Shown: positions 50,154-64,000 of the stretch, in pieces
How positions within the stretch are numbered: position 1 is the stretch's first letter
How the letters are laid out: each line of letters starts with the position of its first letter
From: Adineta vaga
Taxonomy: Eukaryota; Animalia; Rotifera
Direction of reading: 5' to 3'
Length of the DNA stretch: 64,000 bases
Assembly: GCA_021613535.1 (NCBI GenBank)
Contig: CP075497.1
Span: forward strand, 11,346,001-11,410,000
Made by a program: the position numbers and the translations under genes
Notes under the pieces: model-generated
What the model was told of the DNA's origin: nothing
What the model saw: only the letters and a program-made list of their open reading frames with translations
Databases searched by the model: none

Positions 50154-53100
50154 AGCTGCACCCCAGTATAGGGCGCCAAGACCAACTAGACTGCATAGTT
50201 GTGATTGACTTAAACTATGTCGCACCATTCGCAGACGTTAAAATATCGACGTGAATTGAATTAGTTTTTTTTATCTAAAACATAAAGTATTATATTCCGT
50301 TTCTCTTCTAACAAACATTATAATCAGAGAAAATCGCTGCTAATTTCAAATGTATATTTTTGAACTCTTATGAAACTGTCTGATTTTGTTCAAAAATTTT
50401 ATCTACGTAACTTACTAGCGGTTCAATCAAATTCTTAATACGTATCATCGATATCAGATCAGTTTACTATGTATTTCAATTAACTAATTGTCTTTTGAAA
50501 ACAACAATTCCTTCCTTTTAGCTTTTTTCTCTTATAAATAGTTCAATGTGAATGTAATATATTCTCTATCGCACCTGTGATCATCCATGCAAATTGAGAA
50601 CAAATTTCTTCAGGGTGAGAATGATGATGTTGTGCAGTACAATGCATTCAACCGAATGAATTTAATTAGAATAATAAATTAAATATTAAAGAGAAGAGCG
50701 AAATCAAGATGACCTATTTTTTTAACTTAAAATAGATCATTTTCAAAACGCAGCACACATTCATGAAAATTCTATATACTAATATGTATTAATAAATTAA
50801 TCTATGAATTTATATAATTGAATCTCTGCAGATAATGAAAAACAACTATATAAAAAGATTTTTTGAGAGATTTTATAAACAATAGAAACATATTTTGTGA
50901 GAAAACAATGAGATTTGTTGACAAGTTAAGTAAACTACGACGAAAATGTTCTCGTGTTACGTTGTTACAGGTCATTACATAATAAACAAAAATCTATATT
51001 TAATTGAAAATTATTCGATATCCGTAATTGATTTCACTATTAAACTGTTCATCGAGATAAGTCGAGTTCATTTAGATTGTATCAAGTTTTTTTTTCTCTC
51101 TTCTCTAATTTGTCGTTATTCACTGAACGTTCTTACTCTTTCTCTCTATCTTTCGAGGTCAATGATTAGAAGAACAGAATATGATATTTAATATCAGATA
51201 AATGATATCAAATCTGAATGAAATACGTAAGTAAAGAAATTGATGAATGTGAAGGTTAATATTAACTGAACTTTCTTCAGATTTCATCATATATGACTGA
51301 TTAGAATAAAGATGTTTGATATGTTCAATTTTGTTTCTTATCATTACATGTTGTGGTCACGCCTTAAGCCACTCATTACACACATACATATCAACACTGG
51401 ATAGGACTTGATTTATACATATGTTAGAAAGATATGCAATACTGACTGTCCTTATTCATATGGCATCAACAACCTCTATATTTGTCATTGGTTGTGGATC
51501 AAAGATAACTATATAAACATCTGAGAATACAACACTTCTTCTTTCTTGATCATCAATTGATTGCATCATAATCTTGAGTTTAACTTTTACTTAATAAAAT
51601 CTTCTCTTTTTGTTTTTTTCAAGAAAATTTCAATCGATTGTGCATAATAAATATTGTCATCGTCGTTGTTGAATGAATTATTCATCGAATTTGTATATCT
51701 ATTCGTCTGTGACTCTACACACTCACGCATTGATATATAGAGCGATGATACAATCAAAAAGAGCTTGCATACATATTCGTTGATATATACTTTGATTTCG
51801 ATTACGTATGTGTTAGAAAAAATGTCGACGACAAAATGATACATGGTCATTCATAATCATTCTCTTTTGAGATGTGCATAGATGAAATAATTTTGATCGA
51901 TTTTACACTCTTCTAGTTTCTTTTGATCAATCATGTCCGCCTCCTCATTTTCTAAATAGACATGCCGACAAAGTCAAAAAAATTCTAATCTCGATTTAAA
52001 ATTTCTATGTCATCATTCAAAGTTAGTTAGTTAGTTGAACACGCACATGTCTTTTCTTGCGTGTCAAAAATTGTAACCAATGTATAGAAATTCATTGATG
52101 ATCGATAAGGTTATTACTTTCCGTCATGTTGTTTTTATATAAACACGAGAGAAGAGTGAGACTAACCATATACACATTTGGGATTGCGTAAACGAGTATT
52201 GAGTGATGCGACTAATCAAATAGATTATTCTACTGAAAGAATAACATCTATCACAGTACGTATCAAGGTAATTTTGAATGTTAAATACAAAAAAACAACT
52301 CATCAGTAATGTCAAGAAAAACCCTACTCAAATAAGATAAATTTCAAGGTAATTAGAAAATTGAATAAGCAGTCTCATTCATGGTTAATATCATTCGATG
52401 AAAGTGTATAAATCTAGGTATGACATACGATGACAACGAAGTTATTGATCATATCATGCGAGAGATTTTGTATACGCAAACGTCACACAAAACTGATTAG
52501 GAAACGCCTTGACAATAGTGTTTATACATGAAACATATGTATAACGATCGCTTCTTCTCTTTCAAGATGATGATATTAGAATAATTTGCCGTTTCTTCTC
52601 TACATCTATCTTTCTTCTCATGGATAGATATAGATATATATATATATATATATATTATATAGTATATCTATCTATAATGATCATTGTTTAATAAGGTTTT
52701 TCTTTGACGAGTAATCTTCAGGATATTTATAATAGAATATGCTTTAATATAATGTCTTTGATTTCTTTTACATATTGATTGAAGTGTATTATCAGATCGC
52801 AAAACGCATCTCAATCGTTTATGTTTATTCCTATCCACTCGTGCTGAACTGAAGGACAAAAATTATTTGTCGTTATCTGTCTACATGATTGTGATAGTAC
52901 ATAGTCGAGCAAATGAGTCAAACAGATTACTCATCAATACTACCTGACGTTAACTGACTTGCCGTCCTTCAGGTAAGCAGTCAGCAAACTTGGGCTTGTT
53001 ATACTACAACGATTACAATCTCTATCGCTGCTGTCATTATTGTCATCAATAGCCTTCATATTCATTCTCCGTGTCTTTCTTTTCTTGTTATACAAACTAA

Positions 53101-56100
53101 TGTAATATGTATCATTTATACGATTGAACGGTAACGAATCGTTTCATACATACATACATACATATATATGATATATATTATATCGAATCGGCCATTTTCT
53201 TTCCGTATGGTACTTTGTTGTATCTATCAATGATTAGTAATGGTTATTTTATTGTTCGTTAGAACGGAGAGAAAGAAATGAACACGATGGTTCTTGGACA
53301 ACTGCCATTCAGAAGGTAAGTGACAACATACTTCTGTCACCTTTCATATTTTAGTAGACTATCGTTGAATCTAAATAAAATTATTATATAAGAGTCAATA
53401 TAGAATGAAAAAGAAAAGTAATTTAGAACAAAAAGAATGAGGAATGTAGATGATAGTCGCTAGACAAGCAACAACACATTCTATAGACGATGACGACGCG
53501 TCTGATCTAATGATAATGGTACTATGCACATTACTGAACGTCGCTGTTCATCTCAAGAGATCCTGATCAGTCGTCTATATCATTGATAATATTCATATAG
53601 TTTATTATACATAAGTAATTAACAGAAGATTTTGTTAGATAAGTTTGATATAGAACATTAATGTTATTTGAATACAATAGAGTCTGGAGGACAAGTTCGT
53701 TTAGCAAACACGTTTTTTGTTATCTATTCAATCGATATAGTCCGATGAAGAATGTATGTTTTTTTTTCATGAGTACCCGCAACTAAAAACACCAATGTGT
53801 CATAAACGAGAAACACTATCGAATACACCATCAGAAGCGTTTATCTGACAAATATCTTTCAAATTTTTTCTCAATATAATTTTCAATTTTACAGTTTTTT
53901 CTATTGATTTCATATTTTCTTATAAAAAGAAATGGAAGTATCGTTTCATTACGTAGTATAATGAATAGGAAAGTGTAAACAAATCATTGCTTTCAGTTTG
54001 TAATAATATATTTTTACCTATGTTAAGTGAATACTATAGAAGAGACTGTATTCATAACAGAACAGAAAAAACGGATTGTAATGATATTTTGAGGAGAGAA
54101 AGAAAAGCGAGGGGAGATAGTTATCTACATTTTGTATCAATAAATCGACCTTGAAATTTACATGTTTTGCGCTTATTTAGCGCTCGAGACTTCAGTCCTT
54201 CAGACAAACAAAAAATTTCAAGCTGATCCGACATTCCGCAGCTGTGAAATAAAGCATGACATTTCTACAATCACTCTTGCAATGCAAGTTATGTGTAAAT
54301 GTATTTATATATATATATATTGGAAAAAGCTTTGCTTTCTTTTTTTGTTCAAAGTAATCGAACATGCAGACCTTCTTCTTATAACTGTGCGTCTAATTAA
54401 ATAATACGACCACTCGAAATGGAACTGGCAGAAGTTAATCGTACGTATTTCTATATAATCTATTGTTTAGCACGCGCATGTAGCCATTGGATGAATGCTC
54501 AAATACACAGCTTCTTCCTTCTTCAAGGTTATGTGTCGTGTGCAGCGTTAATAAATTATGCTAGAGGCAAGAAAAACTTTGCTTTCTGAACGTCTTGCGT
54601 CATATTCGTAGATATAGGCATATATATATTTATAGTGCTCCACCTTTCCTCTTGCTCTATCGAGTTCGGCCTTTAATTAACTTTGTTTGTACCGTGTACT
54701 ATTCTTTTCTTTTGTACATGCACATTAAGATAGGATTGTTATGCATATATGTGTATACTGTAATGTTCGTAATAATAGTTAGGATGCATTCATGCATGTG
54801 AAGATAAAGGAAATGATATTAGTATATATAAATTGCTTATAATCGTTCTCGATAATGATGAAGTGAGAGCTATTTTTTGAATGTAACTTACATAAAAAAA
54901 TGATTGATAAATATTGTCGAAATAGAAGAATAAAAGTTACCTTGATCTATGGACTAAGAAAGAAAATGATGATTTGTTAAATATATATCTTACACTTGAA
55001 CAATCAAGAGCAGAAAGAGACAATTCGAAGAATATGTAAACAAAAAGAAAAAGACATGATAATGTATATGTAGATCATCAAGATCAATCTCCTAAAGAAG
55101 AATTTTTCTTGTATGTGTTTTGTCTCGTCAGTTTTGTCTTTAACATTTTGTAAGCATAACGAGTAGGTAATTAGCTGATGCCGTTCGTCGTCCGTCATAA
55201 AATGGCTTTCTGATGTGTTCATATCGTGGTCAAACAGCTGTAGACAATCATTTTCTTACTGTTCACGAGTAGAGGTACCGCCTTCCCGCCGGCGCGACAA
55301 AGACGAACGAACGAATAACGGCACCAGCAGTCTGTCTATGTCTGTTCGCTCAATTATTGAACACATCAACGTTGTATATATACGTTCGGCAGTGATGACG
55401 ACATTCGTGCATTGTTTGTTTATGTTTGATCAAACAGTTTTCTTTCTTTGTCTTTCCTACGCCCGAAACACCTTCGATTATTCATGTTTGAGGTCAAGTT
55501 TGAATAATATATCTATATAGTTGTCTTCGCATTGTTATTATTATAAAATGTCTGATTCAAAACAAATGAGAATCTGTAATATTTCTTAGTCATAGTTCAT
55601 GAACTTTCTTGCTTTCCTAATGTTCTATCTATACACTCTCGTCATTCATCTTTCTTCTTCTTCTTCTTCTTCTTTTTTTTATACAGCCTCTCAAGTAAAC
55701 AATCGTCTAATCAGTGCACTCGCGCTTATTGACCATTAGAGAAGCTTACAGCGACCAAGCGTCAATCTAATAGATTGCCCTCCTTCTTCTTTTTTTTGCC
55801 ACTTCTGTCCTTCTTTAGTTGTAAATGATGATTACGTATTATGTCCGAGAGTGTAGATAATGTGTAGACATACATCACAACTGTCATCACACATTGACCA
55901 CCCATGTTACTACCATTGGAATAAGCGTGTACTGATGAGACAGATGATCTTTTATATGTGTTAGACATACAATTAAGAAATAGTGACACGTTCAAACTGG
56001 TAAATATAATCCAGATTAAAGAAAAGGTTCTTATGAAGATTGTAAAAAAAAACTTTTATGCGTGGTAACATTAAGAGTTTCTGCTCCATTTTCTTCTCAC

Positions 56101-59100
56101 TCTCCTTCTCCCTCTCTTGTTGTATTATCTTTAGTATAATAATTATAATCATACAGCTGAAAATGTCTTCCTGGGAAAATTCACATGACACTTTGGTGTT
56201 TGTCTTCTTATTGAGCTTCTATTTCTTTACTTTATTTCATTTGAATCCATGAACTATATCCAACATATCATTAGTATCTAATGTTGATAGAATAGAACTA
56301 TTCTAACAATAGTTTGAGTAGTAATAGTAGTAGATAGTATAATTCTTATTAATAATGATCATCATTCGTTGGATTCCCATTAGAATGAATCTCTTTATTC
56401 CCATCTGACTAGTTTCATCTTTCATCATTATTAGTCAATGACTGTCCAATGTCCAGAATACCAATATAAATCACGAGACCGATTCTAATTTAATAGTGAT
56501 TGTCTTGTCATTTGTCACTTTTTTCCTCTAAATAGACACTACCGGATATGACTTTTCGTTGATGTTCAATGTGTAATAGTTGTATGATCATGATACAAGA
56601 AGAAGCAGAGAGAAAGAGAAAGAATGAAAGACATAGTAAAAAAAGAATGGAGAAAAGAGCAATGAGAAAGGAAAGAGAAAGCGCCATTCGTTTTACCATT
56701 TTTGCATACTATACTCCATTATTTGTGTATGCATATGCATATGGGTCTACACTATGTTCAATATGAATGGCACAATCAAGTGTGAAGCAATTAGGTGAGT
56801 TTTGCAACAAAAACTTTTTATATTGAATACAACGATGTGAATTGTTTTTTAATAGTATCAGAAAACAATAGAAATGATTATTACTAATGTCTTGCATTGT
56901 TCTTAAGAACACAAATCATTCTGTTCACAAGTTGCGCTTTCTTTCTTTCTTTTTCGAAAGACATATAAATCATGTGAAAATTGAGGAGATTAAATTTTTT
57001 CTTCCTTTACTTTATCACTATTTGATAATGGTCAGTTAATGGTCAAAGGTATACTACAGCAAATTTCGAAACTTCATAAAATTACAATCTTATTCTACTT
57101 TATTCTTCAACGAACACTTCCTCTTGCTCTTTATATGCACACATATATATATATATATAGTCTCTTCAGGGAATTTTTATAATATTGACAATAAATTCTA
57201 AATAGATAAATAGACAGGCGTCAATAGAAATAAGATGAAGAAATTCAATCATATCAAGGACTAATAAGGAAAAATTAGTTTGTGAACAATAAAAAGTTGC
57301 CATTTCGATTATCAGAGAACGTATGTTCTCATGCATTCTCTTAGCTCTAATCGCGTCATCGCTACTCAACCATACTTCCATCCGCTTTCTTGCCGTGCAT
57401 AGAAGCCTAATCATATTGAGAGTTTTTCCTTTCTCTCTCTCTCATATTTAGTAAAAGCAGCATCAACTATGTATTTGATTATATCATGCGGTTGATTACG
57501 CTGAACATGTATATACATATCCCACCCACCCGTCCACCTACTCAGCGATTGTTCATATCAATTGGTCATTTGTACAGTGACGCGTGCTTCGTATTGAATA
57601 TGCCATATACATGATCAATATCCCTATACATGTACATAAGCGTAGCACTATCAATGACTATGAAATAATAATAATTTCTTAATCATTTTCTATAGCACTT
57701 TTGCGCTTGAAAGATTTCTTCTTTTCATCAGGCTTCATACTCTCTCTTGTAAATTCACTTAAGCATGATCTCGTAATCACTTGATATATCGTGATGAACT
57801 TTTAAACGTTACAGATATAGATAGTTCTTGTTAATCTTTTCATTGTCTCTCTAATCTTTTTCACTTAGAGATTCTTGTCAACTTACACACGCACATAGAA
57901 ACAACTAATTTCATTGATTGTTGTCGCCTTCATGTTCCGACAACATAAGAATTGCGTCATATAAATCAGTAGCACGCACATCATATACATACACAGGAAC
58001 TTGTTCTTATTTGAAAATCTAGCCTTGTATATGATGATCATCATGTACCATCTGTTCACTGTATCTGTTTTATTTCGAAGACAAAAAAGAAAATGAAGAA
58101 TAGAGAAAATCAAATAGGAAATGTCATTTGTTCGAACATGATCAAACTTCGAAATCTTTTTTCAATTAGAGACGCATCTCATAGATAAACTTTGATCCAT
58201 TGGATTGTAATTCATTCCGTCTGTTATTAAAGAAATCGAAAGTAAAATAAAGAATCGAACGGAGACACATCAAGATGAAAATCAAATTGTATGTGTGAAC
58301 TTTAATTGTCATCCGTTCAGTATATATACAAGGCCACTTTCATACTTCGTCAAAGCGTGACAAATATATTTAAATTGAAGATTTTATTCATTAGTTGACA
58401 CTTGACATCGTTCATGGTTTAATCGTGAAAATGGTGTTTTTATTATTTTAACTGTTGTTATTTCTATTGAAGAAAAGAGAAAAGGTATTCGTAGATATTC
58501 TCTCCTAAACATTCAACGATTGACTTACGTCACGATAATGTAAATCGATCTTCCTCATCAGTGTTATTCAACATAGTTAGAAGTGGAAGAAGAAGAAGAA
58601 GAAGAAAAAGAAAAGACTTCATATATTTCAATTGATTGACATTCTTTCTGTAATACATTTATAAAATAGTTCCGTTCATTTTATTTCTTATTTAAGTAAG
58701 TTTTTATTCATTGAGCTTCTTTTTCTACTCGTATTTGTTCATTCAAAATTCTTCCGAAGATACGACAGCGTAAGAAATTAATTGCCTATAAATGTCTGAA
58801 TACAATCTATGCCATTGCTCTTTCTTTCTACCATTCTTTCTTTCTTTCTTTCTTTTTTTTGTATTGTTTCAACATTACAATTCTTTCGCTCTTTCTTTTA
58901 TTTGGGTCAATTGAACGACACAGCATGAGTGAGAATTTTCTACTTATATGTACATGTGCTTGCCTTTCGATTTCGATTAGATGTCTCTTCTTATGGTCAA
59001 TAGGTATAGTAAATTGATTAACAGAAGCATCAACAGTACTTGAACGGTTTCGCACGACGACGCATCCCTTTAAGTAGCACTAGCAAGGTGTCCATCGATG

Positions 59101-62100
59101 AGTAAGAATACAAAATTCATGAATGAACATCATATACTTAAGAGAAAATGATGAACACACGTTCAATGTTAGTCTGTCGGTCATCTTGTCTTTGTCAAAA
59201 CTAATCAGCATTGAAAGATGCTTCTATAAATGTATGCTTCCTTCTTCATCTTCATCTTATACTTTTCATTCAGGATATGCACTTGAGCTTATGTCTACTC
59301 GATAGATTTTGTCTGTCGATCACGTATCACAATAGACAGTGTGTCGACAAACGAGAAATAAGAAAAGATATTAGTCGGAACGAAGAATACAAAGCTTGCC
59401 GCTAATATTACGTATTTAAATGTTGAAAGACTACGGGTATAGTAATGTTAAGTTTGATTAGATTTATCTTTCGTTCTTCTTGATTGAGATCCATTTTTAA
59501 ATAACATCGTTTCATGAACATTCTCTTTTCTTTCTTTCTTTTTCTTCTTCTTCTCTTTTCAATCTCGATCCTATATTAAATCAAAAAGAATGACATGCGT
59601 TCAAGTGAATTTAATATTCATTACGTTAAATTCATTTTTATACACACGTTCATCTACTTGAGACAGACAATTTTTGCCTTCTGATTCACACCTCATGTCA
59701 ATAGAGAAGAGTAGTACATGTCTTGAAGAACATCCTGATAAAAGGTCATTCTTTATATCTATATCTATATACACATATAAACTAAGTTTCTATATTGAGC
59801 ATTAGTCGGAACAATGATGTTTGATGTTATGAAGACATAAGTATCGATGATCAAATTCGTCTGTGGCATCGATTTACACAGTAGAAAGAGAGAGAGAGAG
59901 AGAGCGCGGATGTATATAGATATCTTTTTGAATTGTCGAGCTGATGCCCGTCCTTGCATTGATAAAGAAGAAATTAATTGGATGGCACAATTGCTTTTCT
60001 AGCACCATACTGAGATACGATGTATAGGTGAATTAGCTGACCGATGCTTTGATCATTGCCTATGTCACAGCTGTATGATGTAAGGACAACAGATAATCAT
60101 CCTATAGATCCAAGGAAACAAAGACTGACCAAAAATTGCAACAGTCGCAAAGTTAATAGTCAGTTCGAGTTTTAATAAACTTTTTTTTTCTCCTTTACTT
60201 AATCGACTTCGAATCAAGTCACGCTACAACAGCTGCTTATACATTACTTTCTTTGTTCATGTAGTTATATCAAATCTATTCTTTCTCCTTCTTTCTCTCT
60301 TCTCATTCTTTTCTGTGGCTCTTCATTCAATCATCATCATCATCGTCGTTCGTTCGTTTGTTCAATCGATCAGTACTCTTGGGAGATTGAATTGTATGTT
60401 GAAATCTTGTTCTATTATTGCTCACGCGTTTACTATGGAAATAATCCGTTATGCTTTTCTGAATATGATGTAACTCAACAAGCAACATACAAGTAATGAA
60501 GCATTATTGATTATCTTTCTTCTTCCTCTTGCTAATTCTTTCTCTTACTCGTTCGTTCATTCGTTCGTTCTTTCTTTAGCAGTTGAAGTTTGCATTGTCG
60601 TAGAAATCGATTAATATTTGAAGATAAAACAGGTATGTCGAAAAAATACGAAGGAAAATCATCTGATGAAATCAATCATTTGCTATTCTTTATAAGCAGT
60701 AAACATATGCCGGATGGCATCTTAACTTGAGCGCAAAAGGTCATTTCCAACATCAATAAACGACGTGTCAAAATGTGATAGAAACAACTTTGTCTGTATA
60801 GAAGAAAATTTCCTTGAATTTTAAAATAAGAAAGAAAGTAGAGAAACGCCCGACTTAATAACCTTGGACTTTTCTTCAATAGATGAGTGCGAGAGGTTCT
60901 TTTTCTTTTTTGTTGCTATAATTCGGCAAGAAAAAGACAGAAAGAAGTGGATGTGCTTGTCATTTTCTCTCTCTTTTCAAGCGGAAATCATTTCTGGCAG
61001 TTGAAACGATTTTTTTTCGATGTTAGAACAACAACAGCTAACTTGTTAAACGTAGTATATTATCTCCTCTCTACTCACGAAAGATAACAACATATGTTTC
61101 TTCGAGTGAGCCTTCTCTCATCAGTTTAAATCTCAGTATTGCATATCATAATTGTCACGCTGTGATTGAATATATCAATCATACAGATGGACCACCATGG
61201 TGAAAATCGATTAAGACAAGTTAACATAGATTGAACACTATGCTCCTATGGATCAGTTTCATGTTATTATTTTGATTGAAAGAATCGAAGCGAATAGTTT
61301 CCATAAAAAAATCATTTTTCTAGATTGAATTTGACAAGTAATTCTTTTTCTTTCCTTCTTTCTCTCTATTTAGAATAATGCTAATCTAACATGATAATCA
61401 CTTTTTTGTTTCTCTCTAACCCAGTTTACGATTTCTCAAACTAGAGAAAATTTGCCCTTGACACATAAATAAAAGATGAGCTTGTTTCCTCTTGGATAGA
61501 GATGATCCATTGAACAATAGGATATGACACGAGTAGAATGAATCGATCGAATGCTCACTTATTTAAATTAATAACAACGTCCGACAACAAATCAGTTGAT
61601 CAAATAGAACGTGTGTATATTTGATGTTGTTCTTTCCAAGGTCATATATTCGCATCGCTGAGAAGGAAAGACCTATGATATTATTTAATTAAGAAGAAAA
61701 AGACTAGAGTGAGTGTTATTCTTCAATTGAATCTTATTCCATTAGTCTCAATTTACTTTCTTTTTCGTTCAAGACATTTTCTTCTAATGGAATAGAAGAA
61801 GAAGAAGAAGAGTATGTAGAAGTGAACTTCAAAGTAAAAGAGTGAAATTTATATATTGTTGTTGATCATAGGTTATCGTGACGACGGTCACATAAACACT
61901 TCTCTTCTCTTCTTTCATTGACAAATGTTATTTTAGATCATTCCGACAAGAAAATAAACTTTTATCTTCAGATGCATTTCCTCTTTCACTCATTCAGGTG
62001 TTGACAGGAAACGAGCAATTGAATAGATCACATCTGTCCTTCAAGCTTAATTATCCTACTTGAACAATTTCCAATCGATCTTTTCTATTCTTTTTCTAGA

Positions 62101-62110
62101 TAAATACTAA

Positions 62111-64000
62111 ATGATGATTAAGATTTTAATTTTCTTCTCGATATTTCTATTAATCTCTTCAAATCATCATTTACATTCATTACCATCCATTGAAATCGAT
62201 CCAACTAATTATCCAAATTCCGATTTAATTCTCTACAACTTTCAATCATTCAAATCTCTTCGTTGTTTATTACAAACTGAATCGAAATATTTCTATCTTG
62301 ATTCATCATGTCAATTATTAACACGAACATCTTTAAAACCAATCTGTCCATTAAATTATACATTAAAATTAGAATTCGTTTTTCCACATAATACAACGAT
62401 CTATCAATTCACTATTCAATTGAAATATTCCAAATCATTTGATATTAATTTAACAAATGATCAATCAACAATAACATTACCATTCTATTGTAATAATAAA
62501 AATCAACATGATATTCATCGAAATCAAAAGGAATTATTTGTTGGCAATGCACATTTTCTTCTAAATAAACAATCCAATAATCAACATTGTCAATTCGAAA
62601 AAAATCCATATCGTATTCGATTACGAGAAAATGAATTATACAAAAATTTCCTTCAATTAAAAGCTATTTCATCATGTTTAGCAAGTCCAAATTATCTTCT
62701 TGCATCATCGAATTCCAAACGAAATTTTGAATATTTTCATTTAAATTCTTCGACAGGATTTTTAAGTTTAATTCATTCCTTAGATTATGAATCGACAACA
62801 ACATGGAAATTAGTTATTCAAGGTCATGATCGTTCACATATTCCATTTTACACCTATGTTATCGTTGAAGTTGAAGATATTAATGATTGTTTACCATTAC
62901 TAACATGGAATTTTCCATTACAAACAATCGAAATTCTTAATGAAACCGATTCATTTAATATTCATATTGGAATCTATGAATCTAAAGTTGAACAATCCAA
63001 TATAATCATTGCAAATCTAATCGCATCAGATCTTGATGCATTACCATTTCATTTCGAATTGAAATTTAATTCTTCACATCTATTACCTTTTCAAATTCAT
63101 GGTCCATTTGCTGATTCTACATTTGTTTTATCAACTACAACAACACTCGATCGAGAATATCAAGATAAATATCTTCTACATTTAGTTTTAACTGATAATG
63201 GTCAACCAAAATTATCTTCATTCTATCAATTAACCATTTCCATCTTAGATGATAATGATAATTCACCGAAATTCGATAAACCTATTTACTATGTTGATAT
63301 ACAAGAAAATAATTTAGTTAATACAATTTTATTACAAGTACATGCAAATGATTCCGATCAAGATGATAACGGACGAGTTACATATGAATTAAATGATTAT
63401 TTCAATAATTATATTTCAATTGATAATCAAACAGGTATTATACGAACAAAAATTCAATTTGATTATGAACAAATGAAAAATTTTACATTTAATATCACTG
63501 CTATTGATCATCCGAAGAAAGGTAAACAATTGAAAACAACAGCGATGGTTTTTGTTAATATTATTGATCAAAATGATAATATCCCGAAAGTAAGTTGAAA
63601 TGATAAGACAAGGATTTTTGATCGATCAGTATTCTTCAACAATTCGATAGATGATACTCGAGGGAATAATTGAAACTAAATTAAATAGATCGTTGTTGTT
63701 TTTTCAAGAGGCAAGAAAAGAACCTTGAGATATATATCTTTTTTTTCTAGTTCCCTCAATCAACTTATGAATTCTCCATGTATGAAAACAATCCTCCTCA
63801 TAGTTATATTGGTCAAGTTATTGCTTATGATGCTGATAATTCTCCATTAACATATTCTCTCGATAATCCATCTCCTCAAATCGCTTCGCTCTTCGAAATT
63901 TCTCCTTCTGATGGCAAAATCTTTGCTCTCAATCCTCTTGATCGTGAACAATTTAATCAATATATATTCTATGTAATCGCATTCGATGGTCAACATAGAT
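62111..64000 (+). CDS. Protocadherin/cadherin-repeat protein, continues beyond the window
   Basis: Signal peptide MMIKILIFFSIFLLISS and calcium-binding motifs LDYE, EDINDCLP, ASDLD, LDRE, DDNDNSP, ANDSD, FDYE, DQNDNIP, AYDAD, LDRE. Intron at 63590-63750. Confidence 0.93.

Noticed and set aside
54145-54250. DNA-transposon-like remnant (TTGAAATTT...AAATTTCAA)
   Set aside because: The inverted match is too short and there are no termini or target-site duplication.
61090-61135. Hammerhead-ribozyme-like CTGATGA...GAA on the minus strand
   Set aside because: Stem II is only 3 bp and is followed by GAAG rather than GAAA, and stems I and III cannot be formed.
49000-62000. Many 60-100 aa ORFs in the ORF track
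   Set aside because: They have AT-rich random composition with no motifs or consistent splice structure.

Overview
A eukaryotic, AT-rich, gene-dense window with many short (~45-65 nt) GT-AG introns. The gene content and style point to a bdelloid rotifer (inference): expanded F-box families, intron-bearing bacterial- and fungal-like genes, and a compact metazoan core gene set. Bases 1-40.6 kb hold about 17 intact genes: RPL18A (partial), Kv-beta, DNAJC21, ELOF1, an RPA34-like gene, two inverted MRH-domain paralogs, a B-box-like coiled-coil gene, PEX11, DCTN5, a beta-lactamase-like hydrolase, a GT-A-like protein, an AIG1/GIMAP-like GTPase, odd-skipped, CNOT1, mitochondrial AlaRS, PSMC5 and PEX6. 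Bases 40.7-49 kb are a pseudogene and transposon graveyard, including a nearly perfect 851-bp foldback element. Bases 49-62 kb appear non-coding and precede a protocadherin-like gene cut by the window end. The strongest leads are: (1) operon-like co-oriented clusters with orphan splice acceptors, the extreme case being a 33-nt AARS2-PSMC5 gap where the AARS2 stop codon is itself a 3' splice-site-like TTTTTTAG; (2) a probable internal promoter and start exon in CNOT1 giving an N-terminally truncated scaffold; (3) three alternative phase-matched first coding exons for Kv-beta; (4) a head-to-head soluble/membrane MRH lectin pair; (5) a three-gene foreign or defence-like islet. All gene models were spliced by eye and no database searches were run.
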